A DNA stretch of 64,000 bases, from assembly GCF_030684315.1 (NCBI RefSeq), contig NC_081396.1, positions 434,001 to 498,000 on the forward strand, in the 5' to 3' direction. The notes under the pieces are model-generated. The model did not search any database. It had not been told where the DNA came from and saw only the letters and a list, made by a program, of their open reading frames with translations. This DNA comes from Stegostoma tigrinum (taxonomy: Eukaryota). The translations under genes and the position numbers were made by a program. This document shows, one piece after another, positions 12,521 to 24,694 of the stretch (positions are counted from its first letter, which is position 1; the number at the start of each line of letters is the position of its first letter).

Positions 12521-14844
12521 ATTGCTCATGAACTGAGCGGCTTGCTTTTTCATTTCTCATTAGAATCAGCCACGTTGCTGTGGGTGTGGAGTCACATCTT
12601 GGCGATACCAGGTAAAGAAAGCAGATTCCTTTCTCTGAAGGGAAGTTGTGAACAAAATGGGTTTTTACAACTTTTCACCGAAACTGCGACTCGCTTTCAA
12701 TTCCAGATTTAACTCTGAATTTGAGTTCGATCAGCTGCTGCAGAGCGATTTGAGATCATATCCACAGAAAATTAAAAGGAGAAAATGCTGGAGAAATTCT
12801 GCATGTCAGACTTTAAATGTAAACTCTGTTCATCGAACATAGATGCTACCAGACCTGTTGAGTTTCTCCAGCACTCGTTGTCTTTATTTCACATTTCTGA
12901 GAGCTGGATTATTTTACTTTAACTCCCCAGCAAATTAGCCTGGACTTCCAGATTACTAGACAAGTGACATTATCACTGTCAGAGGCCAGGAATCCTGCAG
13001 CAAGGAGCTCCCCATTGGCTGTTCACCATCTGCATATCACAGGCCAAGAATGTGATGGAATGCTCCCCATTTCTCTAATAAGTGCAACTCCAAGGACACT
13101 TGACAAGCTAGACAACATCCAGGACAAACTAAAACACTTGGTTAGCACCACACTGCACTCACCGCCACTGATGCAGAGTTGCAGCATTTATCATCTACAA
13201 GATGCACTGCAGAAATTCACCAAATGCTCCTCATACAGCACCTTCCAGATTACACTTACCATCCTGACTTGGAAATATTTCACTTTACCTTCAGTGTCAC
13301 TGGATCAAAATCCTGGAATTCCCTCCATAACAGTGTTATGGCTGCACCCACAGCAAATCGTGGGCAGTCCATCCCACCTTCTCAGAGAATCAAGGGACAG
13401 GCAATAAATACTGTCCCAATCAGTGAAGAGTCCACACCTTCTGACAGAATAATGAAAAAAGCTTTTGTGTCATGATTGGACCAGACTAACAGCCTTAAAA
13501 AGGGAATACATATTCTATGAGGCCCATCTGGCTGACCACATTACAATCCCCGCATCCCTCCCTCACTGTGTCCAAGGACATAGGCCAGTCCTTTTCTTGT
13601 CGTGCCACCTTGGGTGTTTTAGCATTGGGTTAGGTTCCTCCAGCACCATGTCAGATACAGGCGCTGTATGTAGTGCACAGGAACTCACCTTTTTGCCCAG
13701 AGCATCTCGAGAGAAATTCACGTCTTCTTCCTTGGCAAAGGCATCGATGCACTGACATCTGCGATGTCCATCTCAGATTCAGAGGTCTCTTCAACACTTG
13801 ATGGAGAGGGAAAACCTAACAGTTCTGACAGCCTTCCTGACTGGATGGTGTGCGCCCAGTTTGGTGGAATGTCGAAAGACAATGTCCAAGTTCTCCAAGT
13901 GCTCTTTTTTGGTTTTTCCTGTTACTCAAGATAAATGGAAACCTGGGATAAATCTTGTAAAATGTTCTACATCATCTGCTGAAAAATGGCACAAGCTGAT
14001 GACACCCCAAATGGCAACTTTGTATAAAAACCAAAAGAACTGCAGATGCTGTCAATCAGGAACAAAAACAGAAGTTGATGGAAAAGCCCAGCAGGTGTGG
14101 CAGCATCCCTGAAGGACAAATTGTTAAATCTGATTTTTTTCTTCACACATGCTGCCAGCCTTGCTGACCTTTCCAACAACTTCTGTTTTTGTTGGCAACC
14201 TAGTATATTGGTTCAACCACTTCTAGGTATTAATTGTAGCATTCTTCTGTGAATTTTCATCTAACCATAATTGCAAATACACATGCCCCATGTCCAACTT
14301 TGTGAATGACAGCAACCCCGGCAGTTTCGCATATAATTCCTCTATGTGAGGATTGGGTATTTATCCAGCTATGCGAAGCAGATTACCGTTTGTCTGTAAT
14401 CCCCACAAAGGTGAACCAACCCGTCAGGCTTCACAATTAATATGACCAGTGCTGCCCGTTCCACTAACCGTACTGATTTGATGATTTCTTCACTTTCCAG
14501 CCTCCTGATTTCTGCCTCAACATTTGCATGTAATGCAAATGGCACTGGGCAGGACTTGCAGACTGATTGAATTGCTTCCTGGTCAACATGCAAAGTGGCT
14601 TTGACTCCTTTCCTAGTCCCCAGCTCTTCCTGAAATCTTTTCAACTATTTAATGAGGACTTCACTCAGGCAGCCAATTTCTAAATGAAAAATATTCAGCC
14701 AATCAAAGTGAATCTTTCTCATCTAATTTCACCCTTTCATGCTTGGGTCTGAGCCTTTTACTACAATCAGCAGTTTTTCATAAGAGACCGGAACGAAAGT
14801 TGCATCATTACTGTACTCCTGTCATCAAATCCACTCACTATGAA

Positions 14845-15340
14845 TTGCGAGGTCTTGAGTACAGAAGAAGGCATGTCTTTCTGCAGTTATACAGGGCCTT
14901 GGTGAGGCTACATCTTGAATATTGTGTGCAGTTTTGGCCTCCTAGCCTGAGGAAGATTCTTGTTATTGACAGAATCTAGCAAAGGTTCAGCAGACCGATT
15001 CCCAGGATGGCAGGCCTGACACATGAAGAAAGACTAGATCGACTGGACTAGTACTCACAGGAATTTCAAAAAATTAAGGGGGCGAATCTCATAGAAACAT
15101 ATAAAATCCTGTTGTGACTGGACAGGTTACATGCAGGGAGAATGTTACCCATGTTGGGGAAGTCCAGAATTAGGGGTCACTGTCTAAGAACAAGGGGTAA
15201 GGCATTCAGGTCTGAAATGAAGAAGAATTTTTCACTCAGAGTTGTGAAGCTTTGGAATTCTCTTCCACAGAAAGCTGTTCAGGCCAGTTCATTAGATGCA
15301 TTCAAGAGGGAGATCAACATCGCCTTTGTGGCTAAAGGGA
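14845..15340 (+). mobile_element. CR1 LINE 3' fragment
   Basis: QLYRALVRLHLEYCVQFW and RVVKLWNSLP. Confidence 0.85.
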
Positions 15341-16320
15341 ATATCACTCCCTCCATGACTGATGCTCAGTCGCAGTGGTGTGTACTATCTACAAGATGCA
15401 CTGCAGAAATTCACAAAAGATCCTCAGACAGCACCTTCCAAACTCACTACCAGTTCCACCCAGAAGGACAAAGGCATCAGACACATGGGAACACCACCAC
15501 ATCCAAGGTCCACCCCCAAGTCATTCACCATCTTGACTTGGGAATATATTGCCATTACTTTATTATCGCTGGGTCAAAATCCTGGAATTCCCTCCCTCTT
15601 AGCATTGTGGGTGAAGCGACAGGAGAGGATTGCAGCAGTTCCAGAAGGCATCTCATGACCATCTCTTCAAGGGCAAGTGAGAATGGGCAAGAAATACTGG
15701 CTAGCCAGCGACATCCACATCCCACAAAGGAATAGAAGTAAAAAAAGGAGAGAAGGCGGGAGAAGGACACTGAAATTGATCAGCCATCAACTTATTGAAT
15801 GATGATGCAATACCTAAGGGCCAAATGGCCTATTCCTGCACCTATTTTCTGTGTTTTTATGTTAATCTGTAAAAGTTCCTCCACACAGGTTCTCAGTCTA
15901 GCCACGTCCTTTGCAAACATACACTGTAGATTCCAGAGTTAAAGACTGGTTCTGCAATCACGAACACAGCCGTGCCAGTATCAACCTCCGTGAGAACTGT
16001 GTGACTGTTTAACTTGATGTTCTTCTTGATTCTGATTCGGATGGTGCTGAGCAATTTAACTGCTTCAAGCCAGATGTAAGTGGGCATCCCAGGGTGTGCA
16101 CTCGCCTGGATTCGGCCTGTGAATTCTCTTTCTCAGTTCAGGCCTAATGGGACTCTTTTGCTGTCTCAAATCTGCATACTGGCAGCAACTATAATGGCTT
16201 GCTGGCCCAGATCCTGGAGAAATGTATTTTTACTATATATGTATCACACAACCAGCCAACTGTAGCTGCCTAAACAGATCTTCGACTTAATCCACATGTG
16301 TCACTTTGCATCATCATCTA

Positions 16321-16680
16321 AAGGTGGCATGGTGGCTCAGTGGTTAGTATTGAGGCCTCACAATGCCAGGGACCTGGATTGCATTTCATTCTTGGGCAAC
16401 TGCCTGTGTGGCATTTGCATATTCTCCCTACGTCTGTGTGGGTTTTGTCTGTGTGCTCTGTTTTATTCTTCTTTAATCAAAAGATGTGTATGTTAGGTGG
16501 ATCATCTGTGCTTAAATTGTCACTTGTGGCCAGGGATGTGCAGGTTAGATGGCTTGGCTGTGGGAAATGCAGCATTACAGAGATAGAGCAATGGGGAGGT
16601 CTCAGTGCAATGCTCTTGGAGGATTGGTTAGACTCAATGGGCCAAATGGCCTACTTCCACAATGTAGGGATTCTGATTCC
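16321..16680 (+). mobile_element. HE1-like V-SINE (degenerate)
   Basis: ggtggcatggtggctcagtgg head, and core similar to the 18803 copy. Confidence 0.75.
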
Positions 16681-17789
16681 AAATCCAGAGTCATTCAGCT
16701 ATAATTTGATTCATATGCCTCTCAGATGTAAACATGGCATGAGATCAATCTCCAAAGGAATAAGGCACTGTCAGACTAATCAATGCAGTCTTCCAACCAT
16801 GGAATTTGGTTAAAACCTGTCCTTGCAACCGTATTCACATTTATATAATCTACACAAATTCTAGCTAATCCACCCAGCTCCAGAAACAATGTTATTGGTG
16901 AACTTCAGTTGCTTTGATTCAGTTCAGTCAAGTGGTTTTCCGGCATGTTCTGAATCTCTGTTTCCACTTGATCATGTTTTCCTTGGTTCAAACATGTTCT
17001 TTAATCAGTCCTGAATTTCCTTTGTCCACATCACATCCAGCTAACATAGTACATTCAAGTGTATGTCTACAGATTTGCTCATGCATCATTAGCAGTCTGA
17101 CAATATTTCCCTGTTGTCCTGCCTGTAAATATGATAATAGTGTCTAACTTTGTCAATATTCCCATGTTTGCAAGATCAGTTGGAGGAGGTTCGCTTTGAG
17201 AACTGTCAACTTGTCCTTCTGGATTTATCATCTCCCATTACACTAACCATCTGACACAGTTGTTCCTCCCCATCGTCTTCCCAATGATAATCCCTTTTCA
17301 GCATGTTGATGTGACAAAACCTATACATCTTCCTACGGCGAGGAGTATTTATCCAATCATTCACCTCACTCCCCCCAAACATCTTCAAATGAAGCACTGA
17401 ATTTTGCTTTCAGTTGTTCATCTTGTAATGGCAACAACACTAAAATTTCACCACCCTCTTTAAATATTTTAATGAACGAAATCCAGGAGATTTATTTGTG
17501 AATGTCTGGTAGCAAATAGAAATCTAATCATTTATCTTAATCCTGTGGGTATTCATGACAGTCTGCTTTGATTATGCTTTTGACAGTTCAGTGGTACCTT
17601 TGGAGAGCTGACTGTGTTTGCAGATTATACACAAATGACTTCAATTATTTAATTCCCAAGCTGCTAATTATTTGATGGAAAGCTTCAGACGTGAACTTAG
17701 AACCTTGAACAGACTGTACCTTCATTGTTAGTCCATAATGAGTTAAAAAATAACTGTGTTAACCTCCAACTGGACTCATTCTGAAAGGA

Positions 17790-17926
17790 GATAGCACGGT
17801 GTGAAGATGTTTTGGGTCGACCAAAACGTCAACTTTCCTGCTCCTCTGATGCTGCTTGGCCTGCTGTGTTCATCCAGCTTCACACCGTGTTATCTCAGAT
17901 TTTCCAGCATCGGCAGTTCCCACTAT
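17790..17926 (+). mobile_element. Short Penelope-derived element with an inverted 5' segment and a 15-bp flanking direct repeat
   Basis: ctcattctgaaagga occurs at 17775-17789 and 17927-17941. gagatagcacggtgtgaag is the inverse of the internal cttcacaccgtgttatctc. Confidence 0.7.
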
Positions 17927-18802
17927 CTCATTCTGAAAGGAATAGCTTCTGGGAGTCAGGTTTTCATATCCATGATTGTAAGGATGTACTGATGTCCTAC
18001 TTTTAGTTTTCGTACTGATCATACATAACCTGCTGAAATTTTACTAAATGGTCCTTCAAAATCTTGGACAGGCATCAAAAGTGCTGATTTGATGACGTGC
18101 TGAGGTTTTCTGATGATCTGACAAATGTGACATGTTTTACAAAACTGCAGTACATATTTATGAAGTTGTGGCCATGTAAAATACCTGATTTTCATACCTA
18201 TGCTTTCCGTATTCCTTTATGCCACATGATCTCCATGTGCTCCTCACAATTTCTCCTCATGATGTCTGGGAGGTACGGTTATTGATCAACAACTGTGTAT
18301 TCTTAACCTGCACGTCTGGTCACTCTAATACAATAACACTATGGAACTCCTTCAGCCTCAGCTGCAGCATTAGCAGTTGTAAAAGTATTTTTGTTTCCAT
18401 CCCCATCTCCATTTTCTTATATTACTCTGCTCTATCTTTGTCCGTTTTTGCCATCTCTTGTTTCTTCATTCTTTCCTTACACTCCAGCCACTGAAACTGA
18501 TTGTGTCCTGATTCCTATGTTTCATGTGTGAAATACTCAGCATCCTCTGACTTTCTTCTAAACCTAAGTGCTATTTGAGACCTTGAATTATTGTGCCTTT
18601 CTTGTCCTGTCCTTCTTCACCAGGGCAACCAACCAGGTTTTGTAAATACTGTGAAGAGTACCAGGGACAAGTCTGCCACCTGCAGGAAATACTCTGCCAT
18701 TTCCAGTGCCAAGTCTCAAACACAGGCACAGAACCTGGTGTTTTCCTTCACCAACTCTGTACCAAATCCTCATTGCCTCGGTTTCAAGTCTAATCGCAGC
18801 CA

Positions 18803-19125
18803 AGGGCGGCACGGTGGCTCAGTGGTTAGCACTACAGCCTCACAGCGCCAGGGACCTGGGTTCAATTCCAGCCTCAGGTGACTGTCTGTGTGGAGTTTGC
18901 ACATTCTCCCTGTGTCTGCGTGGGTTTCCTCTGGGTGCTCCGGTTTCCTCCCACAGTCCAAAGATGTGCATGCTAGGTGGATTGGCCATGCTAAATTGCC
19001 CATAGTGTTCAGGGGTATGTGGGTTATAGGGGGATTGGTCTGGGTGGGATGTGTCAAGGGGCACTGTGGACTTGTTGGGCCAAAAGGCCTGTTTCAACAC
19101 TGTAGATAATCTAATCTAATCTAAA
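18803..19125 (+). mobile_element. HE1-like tRNA-derived V-SINE, full length
   Basis: A box tggctcagtgg, B box ggttcaattcc, V-core tgtctgtgtggagtttgcacattctccc, and an (AATCT)n tail. Confidence 0.9.
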
Positions 19126-19719
19126 CTTTGTGACACTCACTGGAGTAGCATGCTGGAAGTCAAGACTCCCTCTTCTTGGAAATTTCACAAACGTTCAAGT
19201 TTTTAAAAGAAAAACCTCCAAAACTGCCTGATTGCAGGCCAGGGTTGACAGAAAGCACAGGCCTGGATTCTGTCCTCAGCAAGAATTATTACCTATTGCC
19301 AACAATATAGATTTTAGTATAGATCAATCAATATCAATGTCAGCATATAACCTACTCATTAAAACTCTATACTGCCTTATAAATTCCCCCTGACATACAA
19401 TGGCACACGCGCAGGCATAAACATAAATGTGGTAAAATGAACACAGAGGCAGAGAAGAAACAAATCCATACGCTTTGTTCATGAGATGTTTAGGGTCGGT
19501 TCTCACTGGTTCAAAGGTTTCTCATCGGCCTTCCTTTTCCCGAAAGCTTCCACTAATTTGCAAGAGACCTGGACAGTCAGTTCACTTACAAATGGTCTCC
19601 GGCTTATCGATAAAAAAATCATTGCTGCAACAACTGCGAAAGGGAAGATAAGGTGGTTTTCTTCATGTTTAAAGTGACTTGCTGCACAGAACTGAGAGAA
19701 GAACTCCTCACTTCTGTAT

Positions 19720-20575
19720 CGAACACAGAACATAGAACAGTACAGCACAGTACAGGTCGTTCGGCCCACAATGTTGTGCCAAACTTTTCCCCCAATCCTG
19801 AAGTCTATCTAACCTCCACCCCTACCTTACACTATCATCCATATGCCTTTCTAATAGCCGCTTGCATGCCCCTGATGAGGCTGACTCCACTACCCTCTCC
19901 GGCAACGCATTCCATGCCCCGACTCCTTTCTGAGGAAAGAACTTACCTCTGACGTCTCCCCTATATCTGCCTCCACTCACTTTAAAACTGTGTCCCCTCA
20001 TAATAGCTACCTCCACCCAAGAAAAAAGTCTCGGGCTGTCCGCTCTATCTGTACCTCTGATCATTTTGTGTGCCTCTATCAAGTCACCGCTCATCCTTCG
20101 TCGTTCTAAAGAGAAAAGCTGTAGCTCTCTCAACCTTTCCTCCTAAGACCTTCCCTCCATTCCAAGCAACTGCCTGGTCAATCTCTTCTGCACCTTTTCC
20201 AATGCTTCCATATATTTCCTGTAATGAGGCGACCAGAACTGGACACAATACTCCAGATGTGGCCGAACCAGGCTTTTGTCCAGCCGGAGCATAGCTTCGC
20301 AGCTCCTGAACTCAATCCCTCTATTAATGAAAACAAACACATCATAAGCTTTCTTAACAACTCTATCGACCTGGGTGGCAGCTTTCAAGTAACTGTGAAC
20401 ATCAATGCCAAGATCCCTCTGCTCCTCCATACTGCCAACAGTCTTTCTGCTTAGCCTGTATTCTGCTTTTGTGTTTGTCTTTCCAAAATGAATCACCTCC
20501 CAGTTTTCAGGGTTAAACTCCATCTGCCACTTCTCAGCCCAGCTCTGCATCCTATCAATGTCCCTTTGTGACCTA
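19720..20575 (-). mobile_element. 5'-truncated CR1 LINE
   Basis: WAEKWQMEFNP...LVRPHLEYCVQFWSP on minus strand. Tail reads gaacacagaacatagaacagtacagcacag on plus. Confidence 0.9.
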
Positions 20576-21089
20576 ATCTTGTCGTTTCTCTCCTGATCTG
20601 AACCAAGCTGTCTCTGTCTTGTTCACAGTCCCAAACTGTTCAGCTACCTGATAAACAATCCACATAGCTCTTGGCAGGCAGAGTCCACAAGCCATTCAGC
20701 TTCACTTGTAAATATGTCTCTGGCTTCTGTTCGTCTTCACTCATACTGAGCCTGGGAGCATCCTTCATTTTTGAGATCTGAAATGTTTTCCTCAATATCT
20801 GATGCTTGTCTGTGTTGACTCAATTTGTGTGCTTGAGAAGATTCCTGCATAATTGTGATTGTACCTCAGCCCAGTATCATTCAAAAAATCTCACATGAAG
20901 CTCGAATGTCTTACGGCTCATCCTGAAATGTGGGTCTTCAAGCTGAACAAGGGAAACTATGAAGGAATGAAAAGTAAGCGGGCAATCGTGGATTCGGAAA
21001 AGGGACTGAAAGATTGAATGGAAGACTTGCAACGGCAAGTGTTTAAAGAAATACTACATAGGCTACAAGAGTGGCAAACACAAGTTCAG

Positions 21090-21860
21090 GGCCCGGCAGT
21101 GGCGGAGTTTAATTTAGATAAATATGAAGCAATGCATTTTTGGAAGATGAACAAGGGCAGGTCATACTCAGTTAATGGTAGGGCACTGGGGAGTGTCGTC
21201 AAACATAGAGATCTAGGAGTTTAGGTACATCTTTCCTTGAAAGTTCCTTGGGTGACAGGTAGAGAGGGTGATGTTTGGCATGCTTGCCTTCATTGGTCTG
21301 AGCATTGAGCATCAGACCAAGGATGTACAGGATGTCGGTGAGACCACTCTTGGAGTACAATTGCAGTTATGGCCACCCTGCTGTAGGAAGGGTATAATTA
21401 AATTGGAGAGGGTGCAGATGTTAAGGATGTTTGAGGTAGAAGTAGAGGTTGATAGACTAGTCTCCTTATCTCAGGAGGGATGAACCTGCTGGAGAAGGAT
21501 TGCAACAGAGGTTCACCAGAATCATTGCTGTGATGGTGGGATTGTTTTAATTTGCTGGATTGAGGAAATGGGGCAGTGCTCTCCAGAGCTTTGAGCAATG
21601 ACAGATGAAGTCATAAAAGTTTAAAATTCCTCAAAGGCATATCAGGGATGATGTTACTCCTGACATGTGAGTCTAGAAACAGGGACATAATCACAGCACG
21701 GGGGTCGACTATTTAAAATTGTGAAGAGGGGAAATTTCTTCATGCATAGGATGGTAGATTTTTGGAATTCTTTCACCCAAGGACTGTGGAAGCTCATTCT
21801 TTGAGTTTGTTCATGGCAAAAATTGATAGATTTCTGGAGACTCATGATGTCAAGGGATAT
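21090..21860 (+). mobile_element. Degenerate CR1 fragments
   Basis: EFNLDKYEAMHF...DLGV and KLERVQ. Confidence 0.65.
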
Positions 21861-22374
21861 TCAGTCAATCATGGAAGTGCCACTGTATTCAATGATGAAC
21901 CGTTCTCCACCATTAGCTGGCCCTTGGCATATGCAATATTATCTTTACTGGTGGAATTCCCTCATGGCTGGGACCAAGAACCAAATACGATATCCTGATT
22001 ATGTTCCCACACTTTCGACTGGTTTTATTCCGTTCATGCTTGGATTGAAATCTTCCCCGAGTATCTGATACTAGAATCTGGTTTCCTAATCATTGACCTC
22101 ATAGGTGCGTTCTCTCCAACAGTAGGACTGTGAATCTTCCTCAATATATAATCCAAGGTGTACTTCTGCAATGACCATAGTGAAGATGGAATATTCCTTC
22201 AAAAATGGTATTGGGAAGCTTAACAAAGATTTGTTTCTGTTCCTTGTTCTACTAAGGCCTGGTCCTGAATTTGTCTTCCCCAAGATCATATTTTTCATGG
22301 TTCTCATCCAACTCTTAACTTCAGCATCTGCCAAGATGGGGTTTGAACCCATATCCTCAGAATATTTGTTGGAT

Positions 22375-22700
22375 CTAGAATCCCTACAGTGTGGAAGCAG
22401 GCCATTCAGCCCATCAAGTCCACACCAACCACTCAGACACACCCCTCTTCCATATCCCTAAAAAACCTGCATTTCCCATGGCTGATCCACCTCACCTGTA
22501 CATACCTGGACACTATGCACAGTTTAGAATGGCCAACCCACTCAACCTACACATCTTTGCACCGTGGGAGGAAACCGGAGCAACCACAGGAAACCCACAG
22601 AGACATGGAGAGAATGTGCAAACTTCACAGTCACTCAAGGGTGGAATCACACCTGGGTCCCTGGCACTATGAAGGTGTAGTGATAGTCTTGCAAATAATG
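22375..22700 (-). mobile_element. HE1-like V-SINE
   Basis: Reverse-complement similarity to the 18803 SINE. Confidence 0.75.
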
Positions 22701-23478
22701 CCACTGGGGCATCACCTTCCCTCCTCATCCACCATCTTCAACATTCACTCCCTTCATAACAACACACAGTGGCAGCAGTGTTTACCATCAACAAGAAACA
22801 CATCAGCATCATACCAAAGCTCCTTTGACAGTCCCTTGACAGGGACAAAGGCAGGAGATGCATGGGAGTGCAATTACATGCAATTTGCCATCCACGCTGC
22901 ACACCATCCCAACTTGGAGCCATTTCACCATTCCTTCACTGTCACTGTGTCCAAATCCTGGAACCCACTTATGATCAGCCCCCGTAGTGAAATAATTGCA
23001 GTGGTTCCAGAAGAAAGCTCATCAGCACCTTCTCCAGGGAAATTAGAGTTAGGCAAGAACCACTGACCTCGTCAGCAACACCCACACCCCATTAACAAAT
23101 GAATAAAGAAGTCACCAAATATCTATTTCTGGGATATAACACTCCTCTGGTTATAAAACTGTGGCATTCCCATCCCTTTTCCTACCAGGAATTCTCCCGT
23201 AAAATATCTTGTCCTGGGCGTGTTACCTTGTTTACTCCATTGGACCGAAACCCTCAATCTGTCCCGTCTATTATGGAATATTCACTCATTCAGAAGTCTG
23301 TGGATCTCCACTCTCTGGTTCAGTGAGCTGTATCTCCCAGTAACTGGGTATTTGCTCATATACAGCACTGTGGATCTCCTCCAACATCAAATCCTTGGGC
23401 ATATTTGCCGAGTATCATTAGTTATTCTCCCTCAGTTCTCCCCATCTCATCAGACCAGCACTGATTTCATGTCACCTT

Positions 23479-23484
23479 TTTATT
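23479..23484 (-). terminator. Candidate polyadenylation signal for membrane IgW
   Basis: AATAAA on minus strand about 430 nt after the TM2 stop. Confidence 0.5.
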
Positions 23485-23915
23485 TTTACTAATTTAAGTT
23501 CACATCAAATCATTTACATCAGTGGAATCCCATTTTAAAAAGCTGCAGGCAGTAATTTGAAGAACATTTGTTTGTACAATACTCTTCACAAGATCTAAGG
23601 AATCAGTCCTCCACCCTCCATGCCGTACCGACACTCTATCGTGATTTATCTTGCGTTCTCCCCCATTTCTCACTCCTCTGTTCCTTATCCCAATTCCCCT
23701 CTCTTCTTCACCAACTCTTTTGTTTCCCTCCCAGTTCCACTTTTCAATTTTCCCCATCCATTTGAAGCTTGATCTCCCGGAATGAGCTGTTGCAGTGCAG
23801 TAGCCAAGTATTTTCCATTGCAAATTGGAAAGCACCATTCTCAAACATTACAGTCATACTTCTGGACAATTGTAATCTTGAAGTAGTCAGAATATGAGTC
23901 TTATCCATCTGCTAG

Positions 23916-23927
23916 TCACTGCTGAAC
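23916..23927 (-). CDS. IgW: IgW TM2 exon (cytoplasmic VQQ-stop)
   Basis: ctctgctttctgtattacag|GTT CAG CAG TGA. Phase 0 matches the TM1 donor AAG|gtaatt. Confidence 0.75.
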   Translation of the reverse strand, partial: VQQ

Positions 23928-23994
23928 CTGTAATACAGAAAGCAGAGTAAAGTACAATTGTGTGGTCGTGGGAGTCTGAACCAAATGTACCAAC

Positions 23995-24335
23995 AGACCC
24001 GAAGGAACAGGTGGTCTTTCCTTATCCTGGTAGATTGATCGTAAAGGATAGGTGGTCAATTCTTTATTCTGGAGTGAGACCGAAAAGGAACGGGTGGTCT
24101 TTCCTTAATCTGGGAGATGGACACGGTGCCTCACAAAAGGTTGTCATGAAAAGAACAACCCACAGTGTTGCAGGCAGTACATTAGCTTGCATACAGAATT
24201 GGTTAGTGGGCAAGGGATTGCAAGTGGAGACAAAGGTTTCTTTATTCTCAGAGATGGATTGTTCCGGTCAAGTAGTCTGACCTTATTGCTGGAGATGGAC
24301 CTAAATGCGAGGATGTCTGACCTTATTCCGGAACA
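23995..24335. repeat. Degenerate ~41-bp tandem repeat in the TM1-TM2 intron, interrupted by a small CR1-like fragment
   Basis: Three adjacent units GACC..AAGGA..GGTGGTC..TCCTTA.TCTGG at 23995-24125, plus weaker copies at about 24235-24335. Confidence 0.7.
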
Positions 24336-24551
24336 CCACGCCTATGGGCCTGGCCTTCCCCAGTGGTGGAAGAGAAGTGAAGAGAAAATATTCAAAGTGT
24401 GAAAAGTTCCATATTCAACTCTTAGTTTGATTCTAATGTGATAGCTAGAATCTCAGAGTCAGATAATTAGTTATATTCATAAATAGAATATAAACCTTAC
24501 ACAAACAGTCTGTATGTGTTATTGTTCATTTGGTAGTTAATGTCCAATTAC

Positions 24552-24694
24552 CTTGACAACAGTTACAAAGGTGCTGTAGAGAAAACTTAGGATAAACAGA
24601 ATGGCAAAGGCAGCAACTGTTAGCGCGTTGTCATCTCCATCCATATCTTCCACCTCTTCCTTTCCTTCCTCTCCTTGCACATCTGGAGGGACAG
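24552..24694 (-). CDS. IgW: IgW TM1 exon (acidic spacer and transmembrane helix)
   Basis: tttctttgttttag|CT GTC... encodes VPPDVQGEEGKEEVEDMDGDDNALTVAAFAILFILSFLYSTFVTVVK, then |gtaatt. Contains the conserved antigen-receptor TM motif F..SF.YST. Confidence 0.93.

Larger units (their letters stand above)
13500..17150 (-). mobile_element. Ty3/Gypsy remnant (gag, protease, RT) with nested insertions
   Basis: Protease VDTGTAV (about 15990), VEAEIRRLESE...VKPDG.VHLCGDY, and YTKLPFGVSSACAIFQQMM. Interrupted by a CR1, a SINE and a short inverted-repeat element at about 14030-14195. Confidence 0.8.
17200..20940 (-). mobile_element. Highly degenerate Gypsy element, including an integrase zinc-finger, with nested SINE, CR1 and PLE insertions
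   Basis: Minus strand at about 18100-18190 translates RYFTWPQLHKYVLQFCKTCHICQIIRKPQ (integrase C-x2-C). Outer limits are uncertain. Confidence 0.6.

Noticed and set aside
18803-18880. tRNA gene
   Set aside because: The A/B boxes are the head of a SINE that continues into a V-core and tail.
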